A stretch of DNA of 63,409 nt, counting the filler, from Reticulomyxa filosa (taxonomy: Eukaryota > Protista > Foraminifera), in NCBI GenBank assembly GCA_000512085.1. It is 12 parts of 12 records of this genome, joined end to end, with 100 filler letters (N's around TTAATTAATTAA, not from the genome) between each part and the next. Parts side by side here need not be neighbours in the genome. Positions count along the whole stretch, not along the records: positions 9,035 to 26,599 come from ASPP01020262.1; 11 more parts are not named here. The stretch is one strand, 5' to 3'. Shown here in pieces: positions 12,001 through 25,921 of this stretch. The notes beneath the pieces are model-generated. The model had not been told where the DNA came from, did no database searches, and saw only the letters and a list, made by a program, of their open reading frames with translations. Numbering within the stretch: position 1 is the first letter of the stretch; each line of letters begins with the position of its first letter. A program made the translations under genes and the position numbers.

Positions 12001-15000
12001 AAAGGGTACATTCAGATTGTTGATGGCGGAAAATGGTTTTATGTCACCGATTTTGATAATTTGATTGGTGTCGATTATTTGTGGCAAATTGTCTTGAATG
12101 CACGTGAAGAAGGAGTAAGTCAAAAATCAATCACATTTTTAAATGCCGTTGGTAATCAATTGGGAAGTGAACTTAAGTCACAAATAGGCCGTATTCGCAA
12201 AGCCATGTTAGGTCAGTCCATGAAAGAGCTATCCAACACCATTGCAACCTTCAAAAAGACACACGAAAAAGCAGCTCGAAATCAATGTGTCCGGGTATTG
12301 CATTTGCTCCACCAATTTTTGAGTGCCACTGAATTGAGAGGATCGGGACCCTATCGTTCGCACAATGCCTTGTCTCGTGGCAAAAAATGGTACCTGGATG
12401 TGGTCGACATGACACGATTCAATGGATATGGGAAACCCCCACACTTTCGCCTGTCCATTCACGAAAATGACACATTGTGGGACTTGAGATGTGCGATCGG
12501 GACTAAATTGGATCGAATCCCGGAAATGATTCAATTGTATTCAGGCGTCAAGTTGGAGGAAGAAAGTAACTGGAGTACCATTGCATCTTTAAATCTACGG
12601 GATGGCAGTAATGTTCATGCGTCACTTAAGGATGACAAATCGCAAAGAATGCCTTTGATCACATCAACAAAACCTCCTCAACTGATCGAAAAAGCAAAAG
12701 CGGCACTGGAAAATATTTTTAAGAAATTTGCAAAAAATGATGATGGGACAATGTCTTTGAATGACATGCAAGCCTATATTCGCTTTTGTGGGGCTGGGGA
12801 ATCCTCTGCAAGCAAAACAAGGGTCCAAAGTATCTTTACACAATATGGAGACTTTGACGAACGTTTGGACGTGGGTGGATTCCAAAATTTTTACCGACAC
12901 GCCGCAATAGATCGTCCAGAGAATGTATGGAGTGATTTACAGATATTCAAATATCGTTATGATTTGAGACTGGCTGATGATGTGAGAAAAGAAGAAGAGG
13001 AATTGCTACTTGCCAATCCGGAGATATTACCTCGTTGTATATTGGCACACGAAACGGAGGTTAAGTGCTCTCACTTTCTATCTTTTAAAACAAGTGCATT
13101 CTCGAAATGATTTTTGTCAAACAAACAATGCATTACAAACAGTATTTCAATTTACTATTCGATGATTGCCTTACTTCGGAAGATCCTTTGATCATATCGG
13201 AAGCGTGGAAATTAGTGCTTCGTTTGCCCACAAACAAGAAACTATGGAGCGACGTCCTAACGCTGGAATCAGTTGAAGATGAAAGCAAATGGTCCAACTT
13301 GCTACCCCCTGACAATCTATTCCGATTAGTCTATTCATTGTTGATTTGCGAAGCCCTGACGGAATTACCCAATTCCGTTGTCGATGACAAGGTGTTGAGG
13401 GAAAGAGTGGAGTGGCGTTCCAACTTTTTAAATAAGAAAGGCTTTGAGCATTTAATCAAATTGTTGGGTAGCATTAAATATGACAACAAACATCAGACGT
13501 GGAACAATGTCATCAGCGCAATGGAGATTGATGTAGTAAGTAAAACTACAACACAATTGGCCATTTCATCCCTATTGAAAATTATACATTCCTTTTTCTT
13601 GAGCGCTATTGACTGTATCCCTGGCATGGAAGCTGTCGTTGAACAAATTCGAGATGTGTCCACCAATATTACCAGCGCAGAAGAAGACAATCGAAATGAA
13701 CCCAAGACCAAAGAAAAAAAAAGGAAGAAAAGGGAAATTCTGGAATTGCCCCGATGGCTCCTTTGCGTCGCAACACCAATGATGATATGAGAGACTTTGA
13801 AGGAATGGACTGGAGTGAAATCGATTGGGAAACGGGTTATAGTTATATGGAGGCTCCCTTTCCTGAGGAAGAGAAGGAAGCCGAGGCAAATGATGAAGAC
13901 AATCAAGAAGCACAATTAGACAAAAAGTTTGAAGAAGATATCAAGAGAATTTCAGCCATTCCAGCAGAGTTGGCTTCCTTGAATCAAAATAATGGAACAG
14001 TTGCTGCTTCTCAAGAAAGTTCATCTTCCAAAACGATTGCCTCCGAAATCAAAACAGACACTAAGTCCACAAAAGTGGAGGAACAAAACCGCCCCAAATC
14101 AGAAGAGAAAGCTGATCGAGAGGAAAAAATTCCAGAAACAAAGAAAGATGAGGCAAAATCAGACTCGGCTCATAAAAGTGAATCGATAGATGGAGAGAAA
14201 GGCCAGCCTACAGCTCGGGAAACTTTCATCAAGTTCAATGAATGGATAAAACTGACTATGAAAACATTTGGCGAGAATCTGGTGAAACACTTAGACTTTG
14301 ACGAATTGTTGCTGCAAATGTTGAATATTTTGAAATCAGCAAGTATTGATTCCAGTCCCACACCAGAAAGAGATTGGGTGGTTAGACATACAGTACGATT
14401 GTGGATGTCAGTGTTGTTGGCACGACCTTCGTTATTGCCAGGCCTATTCAACACATTGAAAAAAGACCCATCCTTTGTTTTGGGCGTCTTACATTCTACC
14501 GACAGGGAAATCAGCAGTGAGTTTGCTAAGTCTGTGCGAAAGCTGTGTCGAATTGTGGACGAGTCACCAATGTATTCTCCAGAGCTAAAGAAAATATTGC
14601 CTGGCGTAGAAGTGACAAGATTCTTTTTGAGAGATATATTACTGAATTACTTACCAAAAGGAGAAAAAACAGGTATTAACCCTGAGCAACACTTTTACTT
14701 GCTCATTTCATTGATGCAGGAATATACGGAAAAATATCAATTACCTCTTTCCGAGTTTGGGGACTTATTCAAATATTTGGCTGAAGAACTAAAGAATTAC
14801 AAGAGTCGAGAGGCTTTTGATGATACCACGAATGATAAAGTGTTGACCGGTTTGATGTCGCTATTGTCAGTATTATTATCCGGCGAAAAATCCTTCCGAT
14901 ATCTGGCCGGTGAAAATGGATTGCTCGAAGAAATCTTTAATCATTTCTTATTTGCAACGGGAAAAGCTGATGAAGACAGAGAACGCAATTGGCCGAAATG

Positions 15001-18000
15001 TAAAACCACCATTTGTCGAAAATTAGGATTTCGTTTGCTGGTCCAGTTCTGTATGGAGTCACCAAAGAATTTTGAGCGCTTACATCAATTGATTAATGAT
15101 TTGCATGAAAAAGTGCAAGTGCCCGCCGAGTATGACTTTTCACCGGAACGCTCCACTCGCTCGACTCGTGGATATGTGGGATTGCAAAACTTGGGCTCAA
15201 CGTGTTATATGAACTCGTTATTGCAGCAATTTTATATGATGCCGCATTTTAGAAACGCATTAATTTGGAGCGGAAGAGAAATCGCGAAAAGCATGACAAC
15301 GGAAGAGCAAGGCAATTCACTTTTGTTCCAAGTGATGCGTGTGTTTTCATTTTTAACCATGTCCGAAAGGCAAGCGTTCAATACAAAAGACTTTTGCCGA
15401 TCTTACAAAGATGAAACGGGCAATCCAGTAGATGTAAGAGTCCAACAAGACGTGCAAGAATTTTTCAATATTTTGACTGACCGACTTGAAAATGAATTAA
15501 AAGGATCCCAATTTCGATATTTGCTGCAAGATTGCTTTGGTGGCCAAGTTGTGCATCAAATGATTTGCCAAGGAGGCTGTGGCAAAGTGCGGGAGAGAGA
15601 ACAAGACTTTGCGATGTTGTCGTTGCCCATCAAAAACAGAGCCAATATGAAGGAGTCGTTGGAGGCTTACGTACAGCCTGAGCATTTGGAAGGGGTGGAA
15701 TGTGATACTTGTAACAAAAAGTGTAATACATTGAAACGAGAGGTGCTGAATAAATTACCCAATACTGTTTTTGTTCATTTAAAGGTTAAAAAAAAAAAGT
15801 GTGCTTTAATTGAAAACAACAACAACAAAAAAGTCTATAGAGAATTTATTGTGGTAAACATAGAGATTTGAATTGAATTTTGAAACGTTCCGTCATGAAA
15901 AATCCAATCAACGTTTTGAATTCCCAGAGGAATTAAACTTGGAACCATTCACCAAAGAAGGACTAAATCGAATAGAAAAAGCAAAAATTGCGGAATTGAA
16001 TCCAAATGTCGAAGTGCCTCAGCCTTACAGCGCCCATCCGGAAAAATATTACAAATACAAATTGGTGGGTGTAACTGTCCATTCCGGAAGTGCGGACGCC
16101 GGGCACTATTATTCGTACATCAAAGATCGTAAAACCGGTCTGTGGACTGAATTTAATGATACATTGATCCGGCCATTCAATAACAAGGATTTGGACAAGG
16201 AATGCTTTGGTGGAAGGAAAAACACAGAGGACAATGCATGGAACATGGAATGGGACAATCAAGAAAACATTCGTAATGGATACTTGTTAGTCTATGAACG
16301 TGAGGAATATCTTCTGCAAGACCATACCAAGCCGAAGGTAAGTGTGGAAGAAAAGCGCGAAGAAAGCAAGAGAGAGGAAAAAAATCGCAAGACAAGAATG
16401 ACAGCAAAGAATCTGCTTCTGAAGACTCCAAAGTTGATCAAGGAGAAGTGCCCAAGAAAAACAAAGACCTAAACATTAGTAATTTGAAGAATGACCAAGT
16501 TGAAATTGAAACCAACAAGCCCAGCTTATTGTCGCAAGAGACAACACAATCGAGTCAAACAGAAGAAAAGAAAGAACCCGAGCCCATCGATGTACTAGAA
16601 TTCACAGATACTGACCCCACCAAGATTATTGCGCCCGAGATTAAAACTGATATTATTAACAATAACATTGAATTTATGCGTGCGCGGCAAGTGTTCCATC
16701 CTCTATATTTCAAGTTTATTTTTGACGTCTTGCGAGTTGCTCCAGTGCCTCCATTCAAAGAGTACGATGACCAAGAAAAAAAAAATATTGGGTTTCCAGT
16801 CATCGAATTAGCAACTAAAGTTTGTTTCCAGTTTGTTGCTAGGACTTTGGATAAACAACCTATTTTTAACAAATTTATTCCTTATCTCAAATGGTTGTTT
16901 GAAAGTTTAGTAGCATTTTTTTATATGCAATCAAACGAGAAAATGGGCCATACATTGTTTTCTGTCACATAGATAACATTCCCGCATGCAAGTGGTTTTT
17001 AACTTTTCTAAGCAATAAGCCTCTACTCGTTGCAGACTACTTGCTGAAGATACCTGACAATGCAGTGATACGTGGATTTGGCGAACTTTTAGGACACGTA
17101 TTTAAGACTTTGAAGCCATTTGAAGAGAGAAAATTGCAAATCGTTCAAATTGTGAAAAAAACGATAAAGATAAAAAATGAAGAAAAAGAAGCTGAGGAAA
17201 TTGTCAGCGTAACATGTTCCGCTCAAATGATGAATACATTAATACTTTTGATTGACGAGGCTCCAAAGTATTGGAGACGATTTCTACATTTCTTTCTTTT
17301 GTTCCGCGATTTTGCACAATTGGGTCCATTCCATCGAGCCTTGCTAGTGCATAAAAAATTAATTGAAAGATTGGGCGATTTGTTTTTAGGCAGCTCCTCT
17401 CCCTATGCGAGAGACACTCCAAATAAACAATATGTGCAAATGACAACAAGGACATCCTTTCCAAAGTTTTATCCTGTTGTCCAAACTTTGGCAATGTTGA
17501 TATGTTCATGTCATAGTCAGGCAACACGTACACGTTTACAGCAAAGAAAGTTATTGATGGAAAATGATGGAAATGAGTTGTCAAAGCTTCCAGAAACATC
17601 ACTTTCACACATAAATGACGATGGCGAAGAAGACTTACTTACGATGTCTCCACAAGACGAGAGATTGGTCAGAGTACCCGAGTTTTATTCGCGGTTGGTA
17701 TATCACGCCCATTCCTCGAAGGAGATACTGGATGCATTAAACGATATTGTATGTCACTGGTCATTTGAAGATGAAAAATATAGCTCGGAGGTCTCACGCA
17801 TTATTCTTGAAGGTATAGATCGCAGTGTCGCTGACCAGGTCACAACATTTTTACGAATCATGGAGAGATTTATTTCTGTGAAAGATTCCATTCAGCATAT
17901 TCGATTGGAACAACTTCATGGAAGAGGCGCCTCCATTTTGTATACAATTAATTACTATCGATATCAAAGTCAAACTTTTTCATTTGTTTGCATTCGATAT

Positions 18001-18546
18001 ATCGTGGAAATTATGCAAAGAAATGAAGTATATCGTCGCTTTATGTTACAAAAGCGTAGTGATTGGGCTTGGTGGGACTCATGGTTAGAGAACTACATCC
18101 ACATGCGATCCTATGGATCTTCCTCGATTGCAGTTGACACTTCTTATGACAGCATATTCTTGGAATCCTACTTCAAAATGCTTATTCAAAATAATATTGA
18201 ACCCATTCGAAATACTCGTGACGACTCAAGACACTTTCAACATAGTCCAAGAGTATATGATCACGAGTATGAAAGATTTAACCGTCCCAGTACCAATATA
18301 CCCTTTTCGGAACCACATACCCAATCTGGTCGATCAGATGAACTGGCTGAAGATTGGGATGAGTTAAATGAAACGTCACATGTAGCGGACCCAATTCCCG
18401 GATATGAAGGTGGTCTTACATCTGATGGTCGTCGAATACCTTCCCAAGAACGTACAACGGGAAGTGGCATACACCATGGAAACCCGGCACTAGCCGATTC
18501 TGATTATGGCTTATCCGCACAGCCTCCTAATGGACCACGTATGTGA
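9093..18546 (+). CDS. Giant ubiquitin-specific protease (USP9X/USP24/USP34-like, peptidase C19), multi-exon, 5'-truncated
   Basis: Cys box GYVGLQNLGSTCYMNSLLQQ, QQDVQEFF, zinc-finger CDTC and His box VHSGSADAGHYYSYIKDR; long helical N-terminus; two apparent frameshifts at A-runs (13714-13722, 16378-16384). Confidence 0.93.
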
Positions 18547-19309
18547 GACGATCGAAAAAAAGAGGAGTAAAAAGAGAAAAACGAAGAGTAGGAATGGAAC
18601 AAAATTTATTTTACTCGTATCTCAGATGAAAATGGGGGTGTGTAATCGTCATTCTTCATGAACAAAGTGTCTGAAAAAAATTGGGAGCAGGGTGAGGGTT
18701 GTGATAAAAATTTGTACTGCATTACTTGAGTGCATGAAAGCACAAACGACTTTTTGAAAAACACTTCTAACTTGAGACATAATCAAAAAAGAATTTTTGT
18801 TTTATGGCAATTTGGTCCAAATCATCGTTTTGGCTTTTGGTCGCACTTAAAATGACCTGTCTTTGTTGTCAAATATAATAAACTTTTTTGTTTATTGTTT
18901 TGTTTTTGTTTTTTGTTACTTCAAGAATCGGTACTTTGGTGCTGGCTCCTTTTGTTTTGTCGCGTGCCGGAGCCATGAAGATATCCATGACTTTTTTTAA
19001 AATCAACAATGGACTTAATTATGTTGAAATTTTTTCAATAGTGAAAAATATGTGTATTATATGCTCTTCCTTTTTCATTGTTTTAAAATTATTGCATTCT
19101 AGTTGTAGCCTACAGCTTTTATCACATTAATAAAATAATCATTTAGATTATATACAAATAAATTAAAATTTAAAGTAGTAGCGAGCCCTCAATTGTACAA
19201 TAGAAGAAAAAAAAAGCACAATAAAAACGATCAATTTTCTACAGAAAAATATTTAATTAATTGGATGTAGTTGTGAATGGATCAAGTGGCCAATCTAAAT
19301 ATCGATTTA

Positions 19310-19384
19310 TTACACGATCAATTATATGATTTAATGGAATTGTTAAGAATAGGTGGACAGCAATTAGATGTCAATTACCTTTTC
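19310..19384 (+). pseudogene. PP2A/PP4/PP6-type phosphatase catalytic subunit fragment
   Basis: Translates LHDQLYDLMELLRIGGQQLDVNYLF, compared with PPP consensus IHGQFYDLMELFRIGG.sPDTNYLF; the GDxHG motif is broken and the rest of the gene is not visible. Confidence 0.75.
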
Positions 19385-21289
19385 GTTAAATTTTTATTTA
19401 TGCATGTATACATTGCCTTTGACCAAAGGGGCAACTAAAAATATCTCAAAAAATTATGTGACTTACATTTGCTTGTGAAATGCAAGCAGTTCGTCCAACG
19501 TATTTTTCAGAAAATCCTTTTTTTATTTCAGTTTCTTAATTACTTCAAAGAAGGTAAAACTCTGGAGGAAAAAAAAACGAATAAATAAAATCTTTATTAT
19601 TATTGAAAAATATATAAATAAGATTGTGATTATTACGAGAGTCTCTTGAAAAGGGTCTAGTTCTAGTTTTTAATTTTTTTTTATGTCGCATCATTTGTCT
19701 ATTTCATTATTCACAAGGTTTAGAAAGTAAATTCTTTCATTCCAGGTTTGCCAAAGAAATATCACGTACAAAAATGTTTGTAAACTTTCAAAGACAGTAT
19801 TTTTTTTTAAAAAAAAAATTTAGTTTATCTGATATGTTGATAAAGCTAAATATCTAAAAATTATATTTTTGTCAAAATGAAAGTAGTAATTAACAAACAA
19901 TAGTAATTATACATTATCTTTGGAACATCACAATAAATATGCTGGTTTATGTTGTAAATGAGTATATTTCAGACTTGTCGACTTCGATTTGTTTTTAATT
20001 AATTCCCAGACTTAGACGTTCTTTTGTGGAAGAGGTCAATATTTTGTTTAGTGAATATTCATTGTTGATAACAGTCACCAATTATCGAAGTTTTATCAAC
20101 ATTGATTTGAACAATTATTTGAAGATTTGCGTGACTACAGTTATCTTTATATTGGATTAGCAGTTGTAGTAACAATATTTACTGACTGGGTTTCAATGTT
20201 TTCTTTTTTGTCAGCAACAGTTGCAAACGTTTTTCAAATTGCCTTTCTTCAGCACTTTCTTATAAGTATTGTTCTTGCCCACTGTTGAAAACTTTTTCAG
20301 TTTTTTTGTTGTTTCTTAATTATACCAACACAATACAACATCCACTTTTCCATGTTACAGTTTTAAGAAGTTGCAACCTTCGAACAAAAACGTAAGTTTT
20401 GCCATTCACTTAGTTCTTTTTTTTAAGCTACTTAAAAGTCTATCCACAAATACAATATTACAATAGCGTAATATTGTAATATTGTAAAATCAATCGATGG
20501 ACAGAAAATTGCAATATCATGCACAAACGCATGACTAGCAAAGTTGTACCGAAAAGTTTGTCAAAAAAGGATTGTTTCTTTTTTTTGTGCTTGTTGTGTC
20601 TTTTCCAGCATCTAGTGGCGAAAGTTATTGGTGCGTCTGCAGAAGCAAGGGTCATGTACTAAACTAATTTATCTTGAGTGAGTGAAGTCGTTTTGCGCAC
20701 ACTAGTTGAAACGAAGAAATTTTTTATTATCAATATCAATTTGGAGAATTTGACATTCTCGTTTGGCTGAGATCTATGCCTTGTCCCTGCATAATTTTTT
20801 ATTGCCATCCATTTTTTTTAAAATTAAATAATACAGTTATGCGTTTAATACAAAATGACAAATGACAATTAAATAAACAAAATTGGTAAGACATATATAC
20901 AACCACAATATAAAGCGCAGCAAGGCCAATCAAGCACATTTTCGTCTTCCACTACTACAGTTGCGACCAAAAAAAATTAAAATATGAACTTTTTGTGTTT
21001 CTAACAAAAATTTTAGTAGCAAATTGTGATTATTTTTTCTAGTTTACTGGATATAGTTTAAACTTTTATAAGTAGTTTGTAAAAACAATAAACAAAAATT
21101 TAGAAAAATTGTTGAAAAATGATTGAAAGTGAGTAGTTTTCCTGTTGGATTTGCTTTAGTTGATGTCAAAATTTTAATATAAACTTTTCTTTTTCAATAT
21201 TACAACAATTTTTTTGTTTTTGTTGTTATTCTTTGGCTTATAGTCATGACTCACAAGCTATCTGTAATACAACAAATAATTTTATTTGA

Positions 21290-21760
21290 AAGAATATGTA
21301 TGTGAATGTCGTATCGTGAGGGTGACAAGCAATTTGTGATAAATCATGATACAGAAAAAAAAGTTTACCCAGCATCCTCAACAGTGGAACGATTAAATTC
21401 AAAAGAAGCTCTGGATGCCCTAAAATGCAGACTGATAGAGATACGCTTAATTTACTCTGGATAGGTACAAACAGCAGTAGATTTGCAGCGACTACTATCA
21501 CGAACATATAAAATATTGTTCTCATTTAGAACTGTGAAGAACATTTTAAAATCACATGGTTTAAATGGTCGCATAAGTATCTGTTAACTAAGCCATAAAA
21601 AGTTACGTTTATAGTTCGCCAAAAAACTCAAATCATTGACCAAAAGTGAGTGGAGAAAAGTGATTTTTTCCGATAAAATGAAAATAAATCGTTTTGGAGA
21701 ATATATTTGGCGAAGACCTAATGAAATGATTTACGATCTTACTACTAAGCCTTCCAATCA
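21290..21760 (+). mobile_element. Degenerate Tc1/mariner transposase remnant
   Basis: SGCPKMQTDRD (GRP-like) then LSHKKLRL*FAKK..EWRKVIFSDKMKINRFGEYIWRRPNE, matching Tc1 'W.kVifSDEtKinrfG..vWRr.gE'; stops and frameshifts; later DDE residues not seen. Confidence 0.8.
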
Positions 21761-23412
21761 TTTTTCAACAACTTTTCTAAATTTTTGTTTATTGTTTTTA
21801 CAAACTACTTATAAAAGTGTAAACGTATATACAGTAAACCAGAGATATAATTTTTTCTTTTAAAGACAAATTAGAAGATCTTGTTACTTACTTACCTTGT
21901 TAGTGGAAATGAAGACGCTTTCTTGTGACACAATCAAAGTTTTGAATTTTTCTTTGTTCAGCGTAAATTACCATTATGAAGCTTTGGTGAAAATAAATGT
22001 ATGTGATTAGAATATATTCACGCGACAGTGTTCATCATTATTTGTAGAATAAACCACATTTAAGTTGTTGTTTGTGTGAAAATACTTATCCTCAAACTAA
22101 TTTATAACCCATCTCACAAGAATTTTTTGAAATGGGTTGCATTTCGTTTAAATGCCAATGCAATTGACCAACTTTTGCATCGTTAAGTCTAGATCAATAA
22201 TGACAAACACAAAATTACTCGGACAAAAGTCTTGTACGAACTACCTTTATCTTTGATTCTTCTATTTATCGATCGACAACAAAAGAACTAAAACTAACAT
22301 ATGGTGTTCATTGCAAATTTTTAAAAATTTATTTATATATTTTATGAGAACAAAACCAAGTTAGTTTGAAAAGGACACATCAAACTCATTTAAAGGATCT
22401 GCCGTGCCTTTTTTGTTGTTTTTTTGCTGCAAATTGTTTTAAATTGAACTTCTTCAAATTTTTTATCAGTCATTTTTATTGACTTATCAAAGTTTTTGAT
22501 AATGCTTTCAGATACGCAAAACAAAATATTACCAAACATGCAAATCAAAAAGCACTACAAACTAGTAATGGTGTTTATGAAATCATTTAAAAAATTTCAT
22601 TACTAAGAACGACAGAATCAACTCTTGTTTTTGAGATAATTGTTTCATTTCAATCTTCCAAAAACTAGGCTTACAGCCAAAATAAGTTTTAATTCAACCC
22701 TGATCAAAATTAAATGATGTAAATAATCTTTGAAATGTTGTTTAATCTTTGTTCTTAAAAACAAAAGAAGTAAAGATAATTAAAAGGAATCCCATCAAAT
22801 GATAATAATCAATAAATTCTTTAGGCTTTCCTACACTTAAAATAGGCATTCTGACAACTATTTTTGAAACATACACATAAAATTAGGAAGACTTTCGTGT
22901 TCTGCGTTGTCTGTGGCAAGGGAGAGGGAAATCTTGTGGTTATGCATTTTTTAATTGAAAAAAAACATATTTAAGTCGCGGTTATATCCTGCATCAAAAC
23001 CAACGATGCAGTACTTTATCCAATGTGCTCTAAAAATGCACATATGCAAACTTGAAAAGAACAAATGGCCACAATTTTATCAAAAATACAAAGATAGGAT
23101 TTCTTTAAAAATTTTTTTTTGTCTTTCTTATTTTTTAGGAGGAAAAGAACCCTCTCCACCACACGGTCATTGTTTTTGTGTTGGTTCAGGTGATTTTTTT
23201 TTTTGGATTTCCTTCTTCAAAGTGAGGGAGAGCAAGCAGAAAAAAAAAAAAGAACAATAATAACATTGTAAAAATAAAAAAATAAAAATTCCACAACAAT
23301 GAAAGTTGCAGAACTCCCTCAACTCTGCTTCCCCTATATAAAAAGAAACTGTATTTGGCAATTTTTTTTATTTATTAATATTTATTATCATTATTATTTT
23401 TATTTTTATAAG

Positions 23413-24905
23413 TCACTTAACAACATATGCAGAAAGCAATTCTATAACACGTCCTATTCAAACCAAAATAGAGCCACATTTTGCAAAAACAGCCAACAAA
23501 ATAAATAAATAAATTTTTGTTGAGATCTGAAATGTTTGGAAACAAAACTGGTATTTTCTTGTGACAACCCCACCAATTGATCAGTATGTACAAAATATGA
23601 AGCAATAGCTGGTAAACCTTGTGTATCTTGATTGGAATGAAGAATGGCATGGATAATATTCATTAAGCTTTGAAAAATGACAAGCCAATGGTCATTGCTA
23701 TCAATCCAATGGTTCAATGGTGCTTCATTTAACAAAGCGAGTACTTCTTGTCCAAGGGTGTGGTCTGTACAAATTTCATAACCGAATAAACATGACCTCC
23801 ACGAAAACAAACTGTTATGCAATTGCTTCCAAAAGTGGTTACGAACCACCGGAATCAATTGATAGGCATAAGCTGGAGACCAACGAAAACAATTCAAATA
23901 AGTGCCAGTCAAACGCTCCGCAACATCATGAGCGAGTTTTTCTTCAGGAACATATACAATATTTGCGGATGAAAGTGGCAAATCATCTAACACTGCCCAA
24001 TGGGTTATGAAATCTTTCCAATATGTCACCACACTGACAATTGCTTGTGCTCTTTATTTATATACATATATGTGTATATGTATATAATACACATGGTGTA
24101 TCATGACATAAAAAGTTGCGAAATTGCGTGTCAGGAGGGAGGAAAAAAATAAAAAATAAAAAAAAATTTAGAAAAAACCTTGATTTGCAATAAGGAGGCT
24201 TTTCATAGGCCGATTTGCTCAGTTCATTGGGTAATAACATAACCAAGCGATGAATTTGTTCCTTTTTCCATCCGCACTTGACTAAGAAATGAACTAATGA
24301 CTGCAAGTGTTCTTCATAAAATTGCCAACTGCTGCTAACAACAATATCACACTGAGTGTGTTCATAAATTTCCTTCATTCGTCTGAATCTCTCTTCGTCA
24401 AACCGAACATCTTCTTGTTCTACCTCCCCTTGTGTCTGTGTCTGTGTTTGTGTTTGTGATTGTGATTGTGATTGTAATTCCGAATCCAATTCTTGTTGAT
24501 CTTGTTCCGTGTTCTCAGGCTTTCCACAGTGCTGTGGCTTATCCATTTTGTCAACGACATGATTGGCGTGTTTTCGAAAGTTTTGTTGCTGATGCAGGGT
24601 CAACAAGACTCCATCAACGTCCAAAAACAACAATTTGGTCGATATGAACGGGCATTTCATTGGCTTGAGAATGGAAGCGTTTTCCACTGTTGTCGTTATC
24701 TTTAGGTGTTGGAGTTCCATTGTTGGGATTGTCCTTTTCGTCGCTATCTGAGCTTCCATTTCATTTCCAATTGTGTTGTTCTCACTGAAATTTGAGAGTG
24801 AAAGTGAAAGTGGGTGTAATCTGATATTACTTTTGTCTTTGTCTTTACCTTTTTCAATTGCAAATGTGTCTGTATTTTTATTGCTTTTTTCTTTTATCAT
24901 TGGTA

Positions 24906-24952
<47 letters not shown>

Positions 24953-25890
24953 GTTAGTACTGTTATCTTTATCATTGTCTTTATCCTTAATCTTGAGTTT
25001 GTGTTTGTGCATCTCTTCCTTGGTATTATTCTTTTCATTATCTTCTTTATCTTCATCATCATCACTATGATCATGTGCTCCTTCTTTTTCATTATCATCG
25101 CCTTCATCCTCGTCATCTTCATTATCATTATCATCATCATCATCATCATCGTCGTTATCCGACTTTCTGTCGTTTCGAACGGCCTTTGAGTCTTGCAAAA
25201 CACTCAAGTGCATATTGGCAACGTCAAAGAGGACTTCTTTGTCAACAGAATTATTTTCGTCGGGACGTGGAGTATTGCCAATGTCTTGGTAACGATTGGC
25301 CGCGTTTTTGGTTTTGATGGAGGAAAAGCCGAGGCTTGTCGTCGACAAAAAATACTCTTTTGTCAGTTGCGATGGCGGCTCCGATTTCGTTTTTTCGATC
25401 GCAGGTGCTGCACTTTTCTCCTTCTCCGATAAGACTTCCAAACACGAGAGTGAATGCAAAGACATTTCTGTGTTTGTACTCCATTGAGAATTGTTGGTAT
25501 TGGCATTGGCATTAGTATTGATGTTGATATTGATATTGACATTAGAATTGGAATTGACAGTGGAGTCGCCACTCGAACTTGAACTTGGAATCAAAATGGG
25601 AAATGAACTTGGATTGGGGTTGGAATTGGGAACGGATGACAGCTCTTCTTTAGTTAATCCATTGTGATCTTCAACAATTTCCATTTCGACTATTTCCTCA
25701 ACAAACTCTTCTTCTTCTTCTTCTTCTTCATCATCATCATCATCTTCTTCTCGTTCTTCGTTTTCGTCTTGGTTTTTCCCTTTTCGTTTGGACATTTCTA
25801 TCCGTGTTTTATTATTTCATTTTGTTTTGTGTTTGTATTGTTATCGCACATGTGTGAACTTTTTTTTTTTTAATATACCATTTGGATATA

Positions 25891-25921
<31 letters not shown>

